43,587 nt of DNA from a virus (Duplodnaviria > Caudoviricetes), in the IMG/VR virus record IMGVR_UViG_3300022895_000015, positions 1 to 43,587 of that record. One strand, given 5' to 3'. This document shows positions 25,896 to 35,499 of this stretch, piece after piece. A model generated the notes under the pieces. The model saw only the letters and a list, made by a program, of their open reading frames with translations, did not search any database and was not told the DNA's origin. Made by a program: the position numbers and the translations under genes. Within the stretch, counting starts at the first letter, position 1. Every line of letters begins with the position of its first letter.

Positions 25896-26758
25896 GTACC
25901 CCGTTACAACCCGTGATCACCAAGGCGGGGCTGGCAGCGATCCTGCGGGCTGATAACACCGGCATCGCGGCGCAGATCACCCACATCGCCCTGGGCACCC
26001 AGGGTTACACGCCGTCGGCCGATCAAAAAAGTCTGATCGCGCAGACGGCCAAGTATCCCATTGCCGGCGGCGAGCGCCTGAGCAGCACCCTGCTGCACCT
26101 GACCGCCTTGGCCGATGACGGCCGAGCCTTTTGGGTGCGGGAAATCGGCTTTTTGCTGAGCGACGGCACCCTGTTGGCGGTGTGGTCCGACCCGACCACG
26201 CCGCTGACCTACAAGTCGGCGACCACCGACTTGCTGTTGGCCTACGACCTGTCACTGGCGGCGCTGCCGGCGGACAGCGTGACCATTATCAGCAATGACG
26301 CCGGCCTTAGCCTGAGCCTGGCTGCGCCTTTGGCCGCACAAGCGCAGGCGTTGATTGCCGAACAGTTGCGCGGCTTGCAGCAGCAGGACCAGCTCGACCA
26401 GCAAGGCCAATGGCAGCGCGTGGCGGGGGATCAGATTTCCCTTCTGTTGTCGCGCATGTCGGAGGTGGAGCGGCGCCAGGACGCCGACCGCGAAGGCTTG
26501 GCTAGTGCAGCCATCGGCAATGCCGCTGCAGTGGTGGCTGGTCAAATGCGCGGCCTGCAGATGCAGGAGCAGTTAGACGCCCAGGCCGAGGGCTCGCGCC
26601 GCATCGGCGCGGTACTCGACAACCATGCGCAGCGCTTGCAGGTCGCAGAGCTGCGCCAAGACAGCGACCGGGAAAACCAGTTGGTCGCGATAGTTAGCAA
26701 CGCAGCGGCTGTGATCGCGCTGCAAACCCTAGTAAGCAAAAACACCTTTGGAGCATAA
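25892..26758 (+). CDS. Tail fibre N-terminal adaptor with duplicated coiled coil
   Basis: IT.AG, FWVREIG..DGTL.AV P2 gpH-type anchor; ~60-aa internal duplication. Confidence 0.8.
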   Translation: MSTPLQPVITKAGLAAILRADNTGIAAQITHIALGTQGYTPSADQKSLIAQTAKYPIAGGERLSSTLLHLTALADDGRAFWVREIGFLLSDGTLLAVWSDPTTPLTYKSATTDLLLAYDLSLAALPADSVTIISNDAGLSLSLAAPLAAQAQALIAEQLRGLQQQDQLDQQGQWQRVAGDQISLLLSRMSEVERRQDADREGLASAAIGNAAAVVAGQMRGLQMQEQLDAQAEGSRRIGAVLDNHAQRLQVAELRQDSDRENQLVAIVSNAAAVIALQTLVSKNTFGA

Positions 26759-26763
26759 GACGT

Positions 26764-27525
26764 ATGAGTCTCGAATCTGATGTTGGCAACCTGGTCACGC
26801 AGACCACCAAACTGGTCGACTACTTTGGCAGTAAAAAGTCTGTCATCGACAAGGCGGTCGCGGACGCAATCGCGGCGGTACCGGAAACCTCGCGCACCTG
26901 GTACGTCGATCAAGTAAATGGCCTGGATTCCAACGCAGGCACTAAGGCTGCGCCGTTCAAGTCCATCAACAAGGCGCTTTCGGCCACGCCAAACAGTGGT
27001 TATTGCACGGTTTACGTAGTCGGTGACTACGAAATGAATATCGTGATTGGCTCTAGCTGCTCGGTGCTGCTGATTATTGGTGTGCCTGACGCCAATGGTG
27101 TGCGGCCGAAGCTGAAGCCCAAATACCTGACCGCCACGTCCGATGGTGTGACGGGCACCAACATGGTCGGATTCAACCAGTACCTGGCGTCGAATCTGAT
27201 TTCGTTCCGTGATATCGACATTGTGCTGCCGTCGCCGGCTGGCTTCAATCCAGCGCCGACCAACCTTCGCACCAGTTGCTTTATCCGTGGTTTTTCCAGC
27301 ACCAACGTGCCGACGGTGTTCAACGTTTCTCTGGAAAACGTCGCGGTCACTATGGCGCCTGACTGGTTTGGCAACTTCATTGGTTTGGCTGCCAGTAGCC
27401 TGATCCTTGCAATTACCGGTACTTCTTTCCCCAGCGGCTTTGCTGGTCGTTACGTTAGCAACGTGGCCGCCGGTGCTCTGGTGAAAGACTTGGGTCACGT
27501 CATGTGCAACCTCAACTCCCTCTGA
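26764..27525 (+). CDS. Putative receptor-binding tail fibre subunit
   Basis: N-terminal coiled coil, YVD..G.D.N.GT..PFKSI.KA beta-helix cap motif; follows the adaptor. Confidence 0.65.
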   Translation: MSLESDVGNLVTQTTKLVDYFGSKKSVIDKAVADAIAAVPETSRTWYVDQVNGLDSNAGTKAAPFKSINKALSATPNSGYCTVYVVGDYEMNIVIGSSCSVLLIIGVPDANGVRPKLKPKYLTATSDGVTGTNMVGFNQYLASNLISFRDIDIVLPSPAGFNPAPTNLRTSCFIRGFSSTNVPTVFNVSLENVAVTMAPDWFGNFIGLAASSLILAITGTSFPSGFAGRYVSNVAAGALVKDLGHVMCNLNSL

Positions 27526-27540
27526 TTTCGGAAATAAATC

Positions 27541-28005
27541 ATGCAAACCCGTAACTTGAGCGTCGACTTTGGTGGCCGTTTCTACGCCGGCTGTAATTAT
27601 GAAAACCTGCCTTTGGGGGCGGCCCTGCTGGTCGCTCTGATTCAGATCGATCAGGCGGCGGATGTGTCCCGCGCGGCCGTGATCAATGACCCGTTGCGCG
27701 CCTTGGAGCATCAGCGCGCTGCTGATGAGGCCCGCGCCTTTGTACAAGCTGACTATGCCGGTGTGACTCCGCCCTATGTGAAGGCCTGGGCTGATGCTGC
27801 TGGCCTGGAGCCGCAAGCGGCCGCCGACACCATTTTGGTGCAGGCCGATGCCTGGGATCAGGCGCTATTAGCGCTGCGCACCCTGCGCCTCAAGGGCAAG
27901 CAGGATGTGCTCAAGGCGACCAGTCACGCGGAGGCCGAGGCCATCGCTGACGCGGCCATTGCTGCCATCAAGGAAAGCGTACAGGGCGTCGGCAGCGCCG
28001 CCTAA
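27541..28005 (+). CDS. Putative tail fibre assembly protein
   Basis: ID.AAD..R..DPLRA.E..A..A, R.LRL.GK; synteny. Confidence 0.65.
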   Translation: MQTRNLSVDFGGRFYAGCNYENLPLGAALLVALIQIDQAADVSRAAVINDPLRALEHQRAADEARAFVQADYAGVTPPYVKAWADAAGLEPQAAADTILVQADAWDQALLALRTLRLKGKQDVLKATSHAEAEAIADAAIAAIKESVQGVGSAA

Positions 28006-28032
28006 TCCGATCCGTCAACCCGTAAACCCCAA

Positions 28033-28055
28033 GGGCCGCTAAGCGGCTTTTTTTG
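28033..28055 (+). terminator. Terminator after the fibre module
   Basis: GGCCGC-TAA-GCGGCT followed by a T-run. Confidence 0.65.
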
Positions 28056-28071
28056 TGCCTGGAGGGCACGC

Positions 28072-28404
28072 ATGAACCGAACCCACCTCGAGCACGTCCT
28101 GGCGGCGCTGCTGATCATGGGCGCCCTGTGGGGCGTCCTGGCCCTGCTGGGCGTGCCTGCTGGCCATTGGGCCGGCGCCGCTGCCGGCGTCTTCTTCTTT
28201 GCCGGCCGGGAGTACACCCAAGGCGAGCGCAACCTGGCGCACGTCGAGTCGGTACACCTGGCCAACCTGCGCTGGTACGACGGTCTGCGCATCTGGCGAT
28301 GGACCGTAGACGGGCGTCTCGACTTCTTCTGCCCCCTGGTGGCCTGCCTGACCGTGGCGCTGCTGGTCCAGGTGCTGCAGATGCTGCAGACCCTGCAGCA
28401 CTGA
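28072..28404 (+). CDS. Small membrane protein
   Basis: GGAGG RBS; two to three hydrophobic segments; GRE..Q.E motif. Confidence 0.75.
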   Translation: MNRTHLEHVLAALLIMGALWGVLALLGVPAGHWAGAAAGVFFFAGREYTQGERNLAHVESVHLANLRWYDGLRIWRWTVDGRLDFFCPLVACLTVALLVQVLQMLQTLQH

Positions 28405-28468
28405 CTGATTCCCTTTCTTCCACCCTCGGGCCGCGCATGACGCGGCCCTGTGCTTTCTGGAGTTTCAT

Positions 28469-29644
28469 ATGGCTGGATTCTTTCACGGCGTTACCGTAAC
28501 GAGCGTCGACACCGGCGCTCGCAACGTCTCGCTGCCGTCTTCCTCGATCATTGGCCTGGTCGACACCTTCACCGAGGGCGCGGGTGCCACGGCCAAGGCC
28601 GGCGACCTGGTGCTGATCACCAACGAGCGCGAGGCGGTCGCCGCATTCGGCCCTGCCTCGGCCATCACCAAGGCCTGCCAGGCCATCTTTGCCCGCTCCA
28701 AGGCGGTGATCGTCGCCACAGGCGTGGCCAAGGTGGTCGACGGTGCGGCGCAGACTTCCGCGATCATCGGCGGCGTGCAGGCCAGCGGTAAGCGTACGGG
28801 CCTGCAGGCGCTGCTCGATGGCAAGAGCCGTTTTAATGCCCAGCCCCGCCTCATCGTCGCGCCCAAGCACAGCGCGACCCAGGCGGTGGCCACGGCTATG
28901 GACTCGATTGCTGGGAAGCTGCGCGCCGTGGCGATCATCGACGGCCCCGGCACCACCGACGAAGCGGCCACCACCTACGCCAAGTTGTTCGGCTCCAAGC
29001 GCCTGTACATGGTCGATCCGGGTGTGCAGTTCTGGGACACCACTTCCGGCGCGTCTGGTGCGACGGTAGACGCGCCGGCCTCGGCCTGGGCGGCGGGCAT
29101 GTTTGCCTACACTGACAGCGAATATGGCTTCTGGTCGTCGCCGTCCAACAAAGAGTTCATCGGCATCACCGGCACCACTCGCGCAATCGAGTACCTGGAC
29201 GGCGACGAGACGTGCCGAGCCAACCTGCTCAACAACGCCAATATCGCGACCATCATCCGTGACGACGGTTTCCGCCTGTGGGGCAACCGCACCCTGTCGA
29301 GCGATTCGAAATGGGCGTTCGTCACCCGCGTGCGGACCATGGACATGGTCATGGACGCGATCCTGTACGGCCACAAGTGGGCGGTGGACCGGGGCATTAC
29401 CTCGACCTACATCCGCGATGTAACCGAGGGCCTGCAGGCCTTCATGCGCGACCTGAAAGCCCAGGGCGCAATCATCAACTTCGAAGTCTACGCCGACCCG
29501 GTGCTCAACTCGGCCAGCCAGTTGGAGCAGGGCAAGGTGTATTGGAACATCCGCTTCACCGACGTTCCGCCGGCAGAAAACCCGAACTTCCGCATCGAAG
29601 TTACCAACCAGTGGTTGACCGAAGTCCTCGACCAAGTCGCGTAA
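28469..29644 (+). CDS. Contractile tail sheath
   Basis: FFHGVTV, G..TGLQAL, GFW.SPSN, GFRLWGNRT. Confidence 0.95.
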   Translation: MAGFFHGVTVTSVDTGARNVSLPSSSIIGLVDTFTEGAGATAKAGDLVLITNEREAVAAFGPASAITKACQAIFARSKAVIVATGVAKVVDGAAQTSAIIGGVQASGKRTGLQALLDGKSRFNAQPRLIVAPKHSATQAVATAMDSIAGKLRAVAIIDGPGTTDEAATTYAKLFGSKRLYMVDPGVQFWDTTSGASGATVDAPASAWAAGMFAYTDSEYGFWSSPSNKEFIGITGTTRAIEYLDGDETCRANLLNNANIATIIRDDGFRLWGNRTLSSDSKWAFVTRVRTMDMVMDAILYGHKWAVDRGITSTYIRDVTEGLQAFMRDLKAQGAIINFEVYADPVLNSASQLEQGKVYWNIRFTDVPPAENPNFRIEVTNQWLTEVLDQVA

Positions 29645-29656
29645 GGAGCGCATCAC

Positions 29657-30166
29657 ATGGCAATGATTCCCGAAATTCTGGCCAACATGAACCTGTTTGT
29701 GGATGGGGTCAGCTTCCAGGGCGACGTGCCCAGCCTGACCTTGCCCAAACTCACGCTCAAGATGGAAGAGCACCGCCCAGGTGGCATGGACATGCCAATC
29801 GAGATGGACGTCGGCATGGAGAAGATGGAGTCCAATTTCACCACCACTGGCGTACGTAAAGAGTCGCTCAAGTTCTTCGGCCTGGCCGACGGCAACGCCT
29901 TCAACGGCACTTTCCGTGGCTCGTTCAAGGGCCAGAAAGGTGAAACCAAGGCGGTCATCGTCACTCAGCGCGGCACCCTGAAAGAGCTGGACATGGGGGA
30001 TTGGAAGCCAGGCGACAAGGCCGAGCTCAAGCACGCTGTGGCCCTGACCTATTACAAGCTGGAGGTCGCCGGCGAGGTCATCTACGAGATCGACCCGGCG
30101 GGCATGAAGCGCGTCATCAATGGCGTCGACCAACTGGCCGGCCAGCGCCGGGACCTCGGCTTGTAA
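29657..30166 (+). CDS. Tail tube
   Basis: NLFVDG, LPKL..K.EE.R.GGM, YYKL, GVDQL. Confidence 0.95.
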   Translation: MAMIPEILANMNLFVDGVSFQGDVPSLTLPKLTLKMEEHRPGGMDMPIEMDVGMEKMESNFTTTGVRKESLKFFGLADGNAFNGTFRGSFKGQKGETKAVIVTQRGTLKELDMGDWKPGDKAELKHAVALTYYKLEVAGEVIYEIDPAGMKRVINGVDQLAGQRRDLGL

Positions 30167-30214
30167 TCCCTCCCCACCCTTTCATATCTCTTTCCGAATC
30201 AAGGATCCCAAACC

Positions 30215-30511
30215 ATGGCCAAGCCACTGCCAAAGTTCATCAAGCTCGAAGCCGACCGCGTCACCGTAACGCTGACCAGCCCGGCCGAGCTCAACGGTGT
30301 CCAGCTGGACACCATCACCCTGCGGGCGCCGACTGTCCGCGATATCCGCAACTCGACCCAAACCTCGGACGGTGACGATGAGCAGCGCGAGCTGAACCTG
30401 TTCGCCTCCTTGGCCGATGTTCACGTCAAAGACCTGGAGGGCCTCACCTACAAGGACTACAACCGCCTGGCGACCGGGTACAACTTTTTGGTGCGAGACG
30501 ACGAGCTTTAA
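30215..30511 (+). CDS. Tail assembly chaperone (P2 gpE-like)
   Basis: TLR.PTV.D, L..L..DY.RL; between tube and tape measure. Confidence 0.88.
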   Translation: MAKPLPKFIKLEADRVTVTLTSPAELNGVQLDTITLRAPTVRDIRNSTQTSDGDDEQRELNLFASLADVHVKDLEGLTYKDYNRLATGYNFLVRDDEL

Positions 30512-30623
30512 TCCGGCCACGCAGAAGCAAGCTGCCAAGCGACTTGCGGCTGAGTTGAATTTCTCCGCCGCAGAGATCCTGACCATGTCCTACGCGGACA
30601 TGGTTTGGTGGCTTACGGATTGA
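30507..30623 (+). CDS. gpE' frameshift extension (+1 frame relative to gpE)
   Basis: AKRLAAELNFSAAEILTMSYADMVWWL fits the P2 gpE' pattern; no own start or RBS. Confidence 0.7.
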   Translation, partial: FNPATQKQAAKRLAAELNFSAAEILTMSYADMVWWLTD

Positions 30624-30642
30624 GCTTGCATAGGGGGCACCG

Positions 30643-33600
30643 ATGGCAAGCAGGTTAGCGTTATCGCTGGTGATCGGGGGGGCTGTCGCCTCATCGGTAG
30701 GCGCTGCATTCAAGACGGTCGAGAACGGCATCCAGAAACTGGAAGCCAAAGGCAACAGGGCCAAGGTGCTGAAAAGCACCATTGGCGAAACCGTCAAGCT
30801 GCGTGAAGAGTGGAAGCGGGCGCACGACAGCGGTGCGGCTGGCGCCGACAAACTACTGCGTAAGCTGGACAGCAATCTGGATGCCTTGCGCAAGCAGGGT
30901 ATCGAGGTTGGTCGCCTCAGTCGCGAGTATCAGCGCCTGGGGCGCGAGGCGAGAGCCGCCGATCTGCAACTCAAGGGTCACCAGCAGTTGCAGGCGGGCA
31001 AGGAATCGCTCAAGTCGAACATTGGCAAGGCGGTGGTCGCCACGGGCGCCGCCGCCGTGCCGACAATGATCAGCGCCAACTATCAAGCGGTCATCCGTGA
31101 CATTGCGATCAAGGCCGATATCGTCAACAAGCCGGAGGAGCGGCAGCTCACCCGGACGGTGATTGATACGGCCAAAGATACCGGCATGTCCCGCAATGAC
31201 GTGGCTGACCTGGTCAACCAGTTGGTCGGTGCCGGCATGGAGCTGGACAAGGCACTGTCCTATGCCCCGGTCGCGGCCAAGTTCGCGATTGGCCAGGGGG
31301 CTTCGGGTGTCGACACGGCGTCGATGATCCAGGCGCTGCAGCAAAACGCCAAAATCAACGACCCGAAGGTCATGCAGCAGGCGCTGGAGGCTATTGCCTA
31401 CCAAGGTCAGGCGGGCAGCTTCGAGGCCAGCGACATGGCCAAGTGGTTCCCGCAACTGCTGGCTGGCATGGAGAAAAACGGGATCACCGGGCTAGACGCG
31501 GTGACCTCGCTGGGCTCAATGCTGCAGGTGCAGATGAAGACCGCCGGCAGTTCGGACGAAGCAGCGAACAACTTCAAGAACTGGATGGAGAAAATCGGCG
31601 CCGGCGACGTGGTCAAGGCTTATAAGGATGCCGGCATTGACTATCAGTCCTCGCTGAATACCGGCCTGCAGAAGGGCATGAACGTCATTGAGGCGTCCAT
31701 GGCCTTGGCCATGAAGTACGTCCAGGCGACTGACCCCGCGAAGGCCAAGAAGATCGAGGCGGCCAAGGCCAAGATCGACAAGGAGGTCGACCCTGAGAAA
31801 GCCAAGGCGGCGTTGGACGCCCTGGAAAAGACCTTGCGCACCGGCGATATCTTCGCCGACATGCAGGTCAAGGCGGCGCTCACTGCCTATGGGCAGAACA
31901 GGGGGTTGTACGAGGAGCTCAAGGCCGACTCGCAAAAGGCTTCGGGAATTCTCGACAAGAACCTGGCTGAGCGTCGCGAAACATCAGCGCAGCAGTGGGC
32001 CGAGACAGCCCAGGCGGTTGACGACGCGATGCGTAGCATTGGCGATGCGATCCGCCCAGCTACTGACATGGCATCGAAGGGCCTGACAGCCGTCGCGCGT
32101 GGCATTACTTCGCTGTCGGACAAGTTCCCGGCTGTCGTGGCGGGCATTGCCGGTACTGTGGCGGCCATCCTCGCACTCAAAACGGCATCCAGCGCGTTCA
32201 AGATCGGGCGGGGTGTGTTGAACATCGCGCGAGGTCGAGGTCTGGAGAGGATGGCCGGCCGGGCGGGGCGTGGCGATCGTACGCCCATTGAGCTGCCTAA
32301 GACGGGCAGCAAAGTGGTCGATACCGGCCTTGGCCTGCTGGGTAGGGTGTTTGGAGCAACGCCGAAGGATGCGGCGCCGGCGAATGACCCGCTAGCAGGC
32401 AGGGATGACACGCAGCGGGTCTTCGTGGTCAATGCCGATGCATTTAGCGGGATCGGTAGTAGCGTCACAAACAACGCGCCTGCAGCCCCTGCCCGGGGCA
32501 GTCGTAGAAGCCGGCGCAGGGCTCGCAGACGAGAGGCAAGACAAGCTGCTCCAGCCCGGCCCGGGGTGAAGGTTGAGGCGCCCAAGTCGCCACTGGTGAG
32601 GCCGGCTATTCCTGTAGCTGCGCCGAAGGTGGTGACCGGCGTCGAAGAGTTGGGCAGGGTTGCTCGCTCGGTGCGCGGCGTTACACGTCTGGCCAAGCGA
32701 TTGCCTGGTGGGAACGTGGTTGACGCCGGCGCTGCTGCGATCGATGTCGCGATGAATGCCACATCTCAAGATGAGAAGGCAGAAGGGTATGGTGGTGCAG
32801 CTGGCAGCCTTGCGGGGACTCTAGCAGGCGCGGCGGCCGGGGCGGCCATCGGCTCGGTGGTGCCTGTCATAGGCACTGCAGTAGGCGGTGCAGTCGGCGC
32901 TGTACTCGGTGGCATGGGGGGCGAATCGCTGGGGGGGTGGCTGGGCAAGCGCTGGTTTGGCGATGAGCAACCCGAGTCCGCCCCCAAGGCAGAGTCAGAA
33001 AGTCCGGCAGCGCCTGGGGAGGCTTTACGTGTAACCCTGGCTCCGGCACAGAAGGACAAGCCAATCCCCAAGGTTGATACCTCGGTTCCGTTGCCAGCGG
33101 CCCCAAAGGCTGCTGTCGTGGCGCCGGTAGTGATCGACAACCGTGAACCTGTCACCAAGCCAATGCCGGCGCCGCCGGTAACGGCCCTGGGAGACACGGT
33201 GCGCAGCGCATCAGCCCCGATGCCGCCCGAGTCTAAAGTATCGTATGACCCGCTTGACCCGGCGTCCAAGGAGCCGTATCAGGTGCCCGCGCTGACGGCC
33301 AACAAGGTGCGTTTGCCAGGTGCGCCACTGGTGCAGCCGCCGGCGCAACCCGAACCTCAAGCTGAGGCCGTGCCGATCGAGCATGAACCGCCGGCGAAGC
33401 TGGGTAATACGCTGCGCGCCGTGACCGTTTCGGCTCCAGCACAACCTGAGCCAGTGACTGAGCCTGAGCCTGATCCGACGCCGGCAATGCAGGAGCTGCC
33501 TAGGTTGGGCGACACGGTGCGAGCCGTGGCCACCCCGACCCCGGCTGAGCCTGAAGTGTCGTATGACTCGCTCGACCCGGCGTCCAAAGATCCGTACCTG

Positions 33601-34644
33601 GTGCCCGCGCTGACGGCCAGCAAGGTGCGTTTCCCAGGTGCGCCACTTGTACGGCCGCCGGCGCAACCGGCTCCTCAGGCTGAAGCCTTGCCGATCGCGC
33701 AGGAGCCGCCAGCGAAACTGGGCGAGACGGTGCGAGCCGTGGCCGTTTCGGCTCCGGTGCAACTTGAGCCAGCAGTCGAGCCTGAAGCGGCACCGGCGCT
33801 GCAGGAACTGCCGAGGTTGGGAGACACGGTAAAAACCGTGGCTACACCGACCCCGGTTGAACCTGAAGTGTCGAATGGCCCGCTCGACCCGGCCTCCAAG
33901 GACCCGTACCTGGTACCGGCATTGACCGCAAACAAGGTGCGCTTCCCTGGCGAGCCTCTGGTGCGGCCGTCGGCGCAACCTGACCCTGTGCCTGAACCTG
34001 TGCTGCAGGAAGCACCGAAGTTGGGCAGCTCAGTGCGAGCCGTGGCTACACCGGCGCCGACCGAGCCTGCGGTGTCGTATGACCCGCGCGACCCGGAGTT
34101 CAAGGACCCGCACCTGTTGCCGGCTTTGACAGCCAACAAGGTGCGATTCCCGGGTGCAGGCCTGGCGCCGCCGCAAACACAACCGCAACCTTCGCCGGCA
34201 ACGCCACGGATGAAGCTGGGCGAAACGGTGCGCGAGGTGCCGGCTAAATCGGCACCGGTGCCTGTGGTGATCGACAGCCGCGAGCGTAGGCCTGTCGCAG
34301 AAGGTGTTTCACCGCCAGCTGTCCCCCAGTTAGCAGCCTTGCCGGCCGGTTTCGGTGAAGTGGTGCGTGACATGGTGGCCAAGTTGGCACCGGTGCCACC
34401 TCGGATGCCCGAACTGGCTCAGCCAGCTAAAGCGGCTGCGCCTGTGGCGGTATCGGCGCCGAAGGTGGATCAGGCGTTTTCGTTCTCGCCCACCATCAGG
34501 ATCGATGTGCACGGCGATGTGAAAGACCCGTCGCAGGTCGTCCGTGAAATCGAGTCACCGCTGCGTCGGCTGTTTGAGGCATGGCAGCGCGAAGCATCGG
34601 CGCGTATGGCTTCGGCTCAACTGTTCGACCAACCGCATGTTTAA
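30643..34644 (+). CDS. Tape measure protein with Pro-rich repeated C-terminal expansion
   Basis: Helical TMP core (G..G.FE..DMA.WFP.L), glycine-zipper segment, then four long repeats. Confidence 0.9.
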   Translation: MASRLALSLVIGGAVASSVGAAFKTVENGIQKLEAKGNRAKVLKSTIGETVKLREEWKRAHDSGAAGADKLLRKLDSNLDALRKQGIEVGRLSREYQRLGREARAADLQLKGHQQLQAGKESLKSNIGKAVVATGAAAVPTMISANYQAVIRDIAIKADIVNKPEERQLTRTVIDTAKDTGMSRNDVADLVNQLVGAGMELDKALSYAPVAAKFAIGQGASGVDTASMIQALQQNAKINDPKVMQQALEAIAYQGQAGSFEASDMAKWFPQLLAGMEKNGITGLDAVTSLGSMLQVQMKTAGSSDEAANNFKNWMEKIGAGDVVKAYKDAGIDYQSSLNTGLQKGMNVIEASMALAMKYVQATDPAKAKKIEAAKAKIDKEVDPEKAKAALDALEKTLRTGDIFADMQVKAALTAYGQNRGLYEELKADSQKASGILDKNLAERRETSAQQWAETAQAVDDAMRSIGDAIRPATDMASKGLTAVARGITSLSDKFPAVVAGIAGTVAAILALKTASSAFKIGRGVLNIARGRGLERMAGRAGRGDRTPIELPKTGSKVVDTGLGLLGRVFGATPKDAAPANDPLAGRDDTQRVFVVNADAFSGIGSSVTNNAPAAPARGSRRSRRRARRREARQAAPARPGVKVEAPKSPLVRPAIPVAAPKVVTGVEELGRVARSVRGVTRLAKRLPGGNVVDAGAAAIDVAMNATSQDEKAEGYGGAAGSLAGTLAGAAAGAAIGSVVPVIGTAVGGAVGAVLGGMGGESLGGWLGKRWFGDEQPESAPKAESESPAAPGEALRVTLAPAQKDKPIPKVDTSVPLPAAPKAAVVAPVVIDNREPVTKPMPAPPVTALGDTVRSASAPMPPESKVSYDPLDPASKEPYQVPALTANKVRLPGAPLVQPPAQPEPQAEAVPIEHEPPAKLGNTLRAVTVSAPAQPEPVTEPEPDPTPAMQELPRLGDTVRAVATPTPAEPEVSYDSLDPASKDPYLVPALTASKVRFPGAPLVRPPAQPAPQAEALPIAQEPPAKLGETVRAVAVSAPVQLEPAVEPEAAPALQELPRLGDTVKTVATPTPVEPEVSNGPLDPASKDPYLVPALTANKVRFPGEPLVRPSAQPDPVPEPVLQEAPKLGSSVRAVATPAPTEPAVSYDPRDPEFKDPHLLPALTANKVRFPGAGLAPPQTQPQPSPATPRMKLGETVREVPAKSAPVPVVIDSRERRPVAEGVSPPAVPQLAALPAGFGEVVRDMVAKLAPVPPRMPELAQPAKAAAPVAVSAPKVDQAFSFSPTIRIDVHGDVKDPSQVVREIESPLRRLFEAWQREASARMASAQLFDQPHV
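33187..34233 (+). repeat. In-frame degenerate tandem repeats within TMP
   Basis: SYDPLDPASKDPYLVPALTANKVRFPG-type block at 33241, 33559, 33871 and 34075. Confidence 0.92.
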
Positions 34645-34653
34645 GGAGGGCCT

Positions 34654-35499
34654 ATGGCCTACATGGAGCAACTGGAGTCTTCCCTGTCCGGGCTGGTTTC
34701 TGCGGGGGAGGCTGGGCGCAAGGGAGTGGACGGCATGCTGTCCCCACTCAATAGCGCGGTCGGCAGCATCACGGGGGCTGCGTCGGAGCTGGAAAACATT
34801 CCGTTCGTGGGGCCTGAGGCCGGCGCGAAGCTTGGCCGGATCGTGCGCAGTATCAACGTGGCTCAGTCTCAGGTGGGGCAGGTGGCGTCGATGTATAGCC
34901 GAGCAGTGACCGGCGCCACTCAGGTGCAGGAGCGGCTCGGCACGTTCAAGCAGATGGCAGCGAAGGTCACTGCTCAGGCCGGCCGGGTGGCGGGGTTGGT
35001 TAGCCCGTCGCTGTCCAACGTGCTGCCTACCGGCGGCCTGTTGGGGTCGGCCACTCCGCTACCTGAGGCGGTCGCGCCTTACCCACACCTGCTGATCATC
35101 CAGCCACACGATCCGAAAAAGCAGCCGTATTACTTCAACCTGGGCACGGCCGCCTTTGACGAGCTGCGTCGTCAGACGTCGTTCCGTTGGGCTGGTCAAG
35201 AGCGTCTGCGTCGAAGCGTGGCCCAGCAGGCAGTGGGGTTGGGTGAGGAAAAGATCACGCTCAAGGGTGCGATCTTCCCGCACCACAAGGGCGGCATCAA
35301 GCAACTGAGCGTGCTGCGTAGCATCGGTCGCAACCTGCAGGCATTGAAGCTTGTTACGGGTTACGGCGAGGTGCTGGGCGATTGGTGCCTGGTCAGTATC
35401 GAAGAGGAGCAAAGCCACCTGTTGGCAGGTGGAATCCCCCGTAAACAGGGCTTCAACCTGGAGTTTGTGAGCTATGGCAACGACCTGCAGAACGTCTGA
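34654..35499 (+). CDS. Tail protein gpU-like
   Basis: AF..L.R..RW..Q.RL, G.G...ITL.G, G.G.VLG.W. Confidence 0.88.
   Translation: MAYMEQLESSLSGLVSAGEAGRKGVDGMLSPLNSAVGSITGAASELENIPFVGPEAGAKLGRIVRSINVAQSQVGQVASMYSRAVTGATQVQERLGTFKQMAAKVTAQAGRVAGLVSPSLSNVLPTGGLLGSATPLPEAVAPYPHLLIIQPHDPKKQPYYFNLGTAAFDELRRQTSFRWAGQERLRRSVAQQAVGLGEEKITLKGAIFPHHKGGIKQLSVLRSIGRNLQALKLVTGYGEVLGDWCLVSIEEEQSHLLAGGIPRKQGFNLEFVSYGNDLQNV

Noticed and set aside
25892-28005. Invertible tail-fibre cassette
   Set aside because: No invertase, no inverted fibre copy, and no flanking inverted repeats seen
28115-30133. 672-aa minus-strand ORF, and similar long antisense ORFs (26542-27816, 37934-38863, 39116-39922)
   Set aside because: Shadows of well-supported plus-strand genes caused by GC-rich codon bias; no motifs
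30484-30558. Canonical -1 frameshift at CTTTTTG
   Set aside because: The -1 frame stops near 30558 and lacks the gpE' pattern, which is in the +1 frame
33187-34233. TMP repeats as a CRISPR-like array or DGR template/variable repeats
   Set aside because: In-frame coding, unequal spacing, differences not adenine-specific; no cas or reverse transcriptase gene in the window
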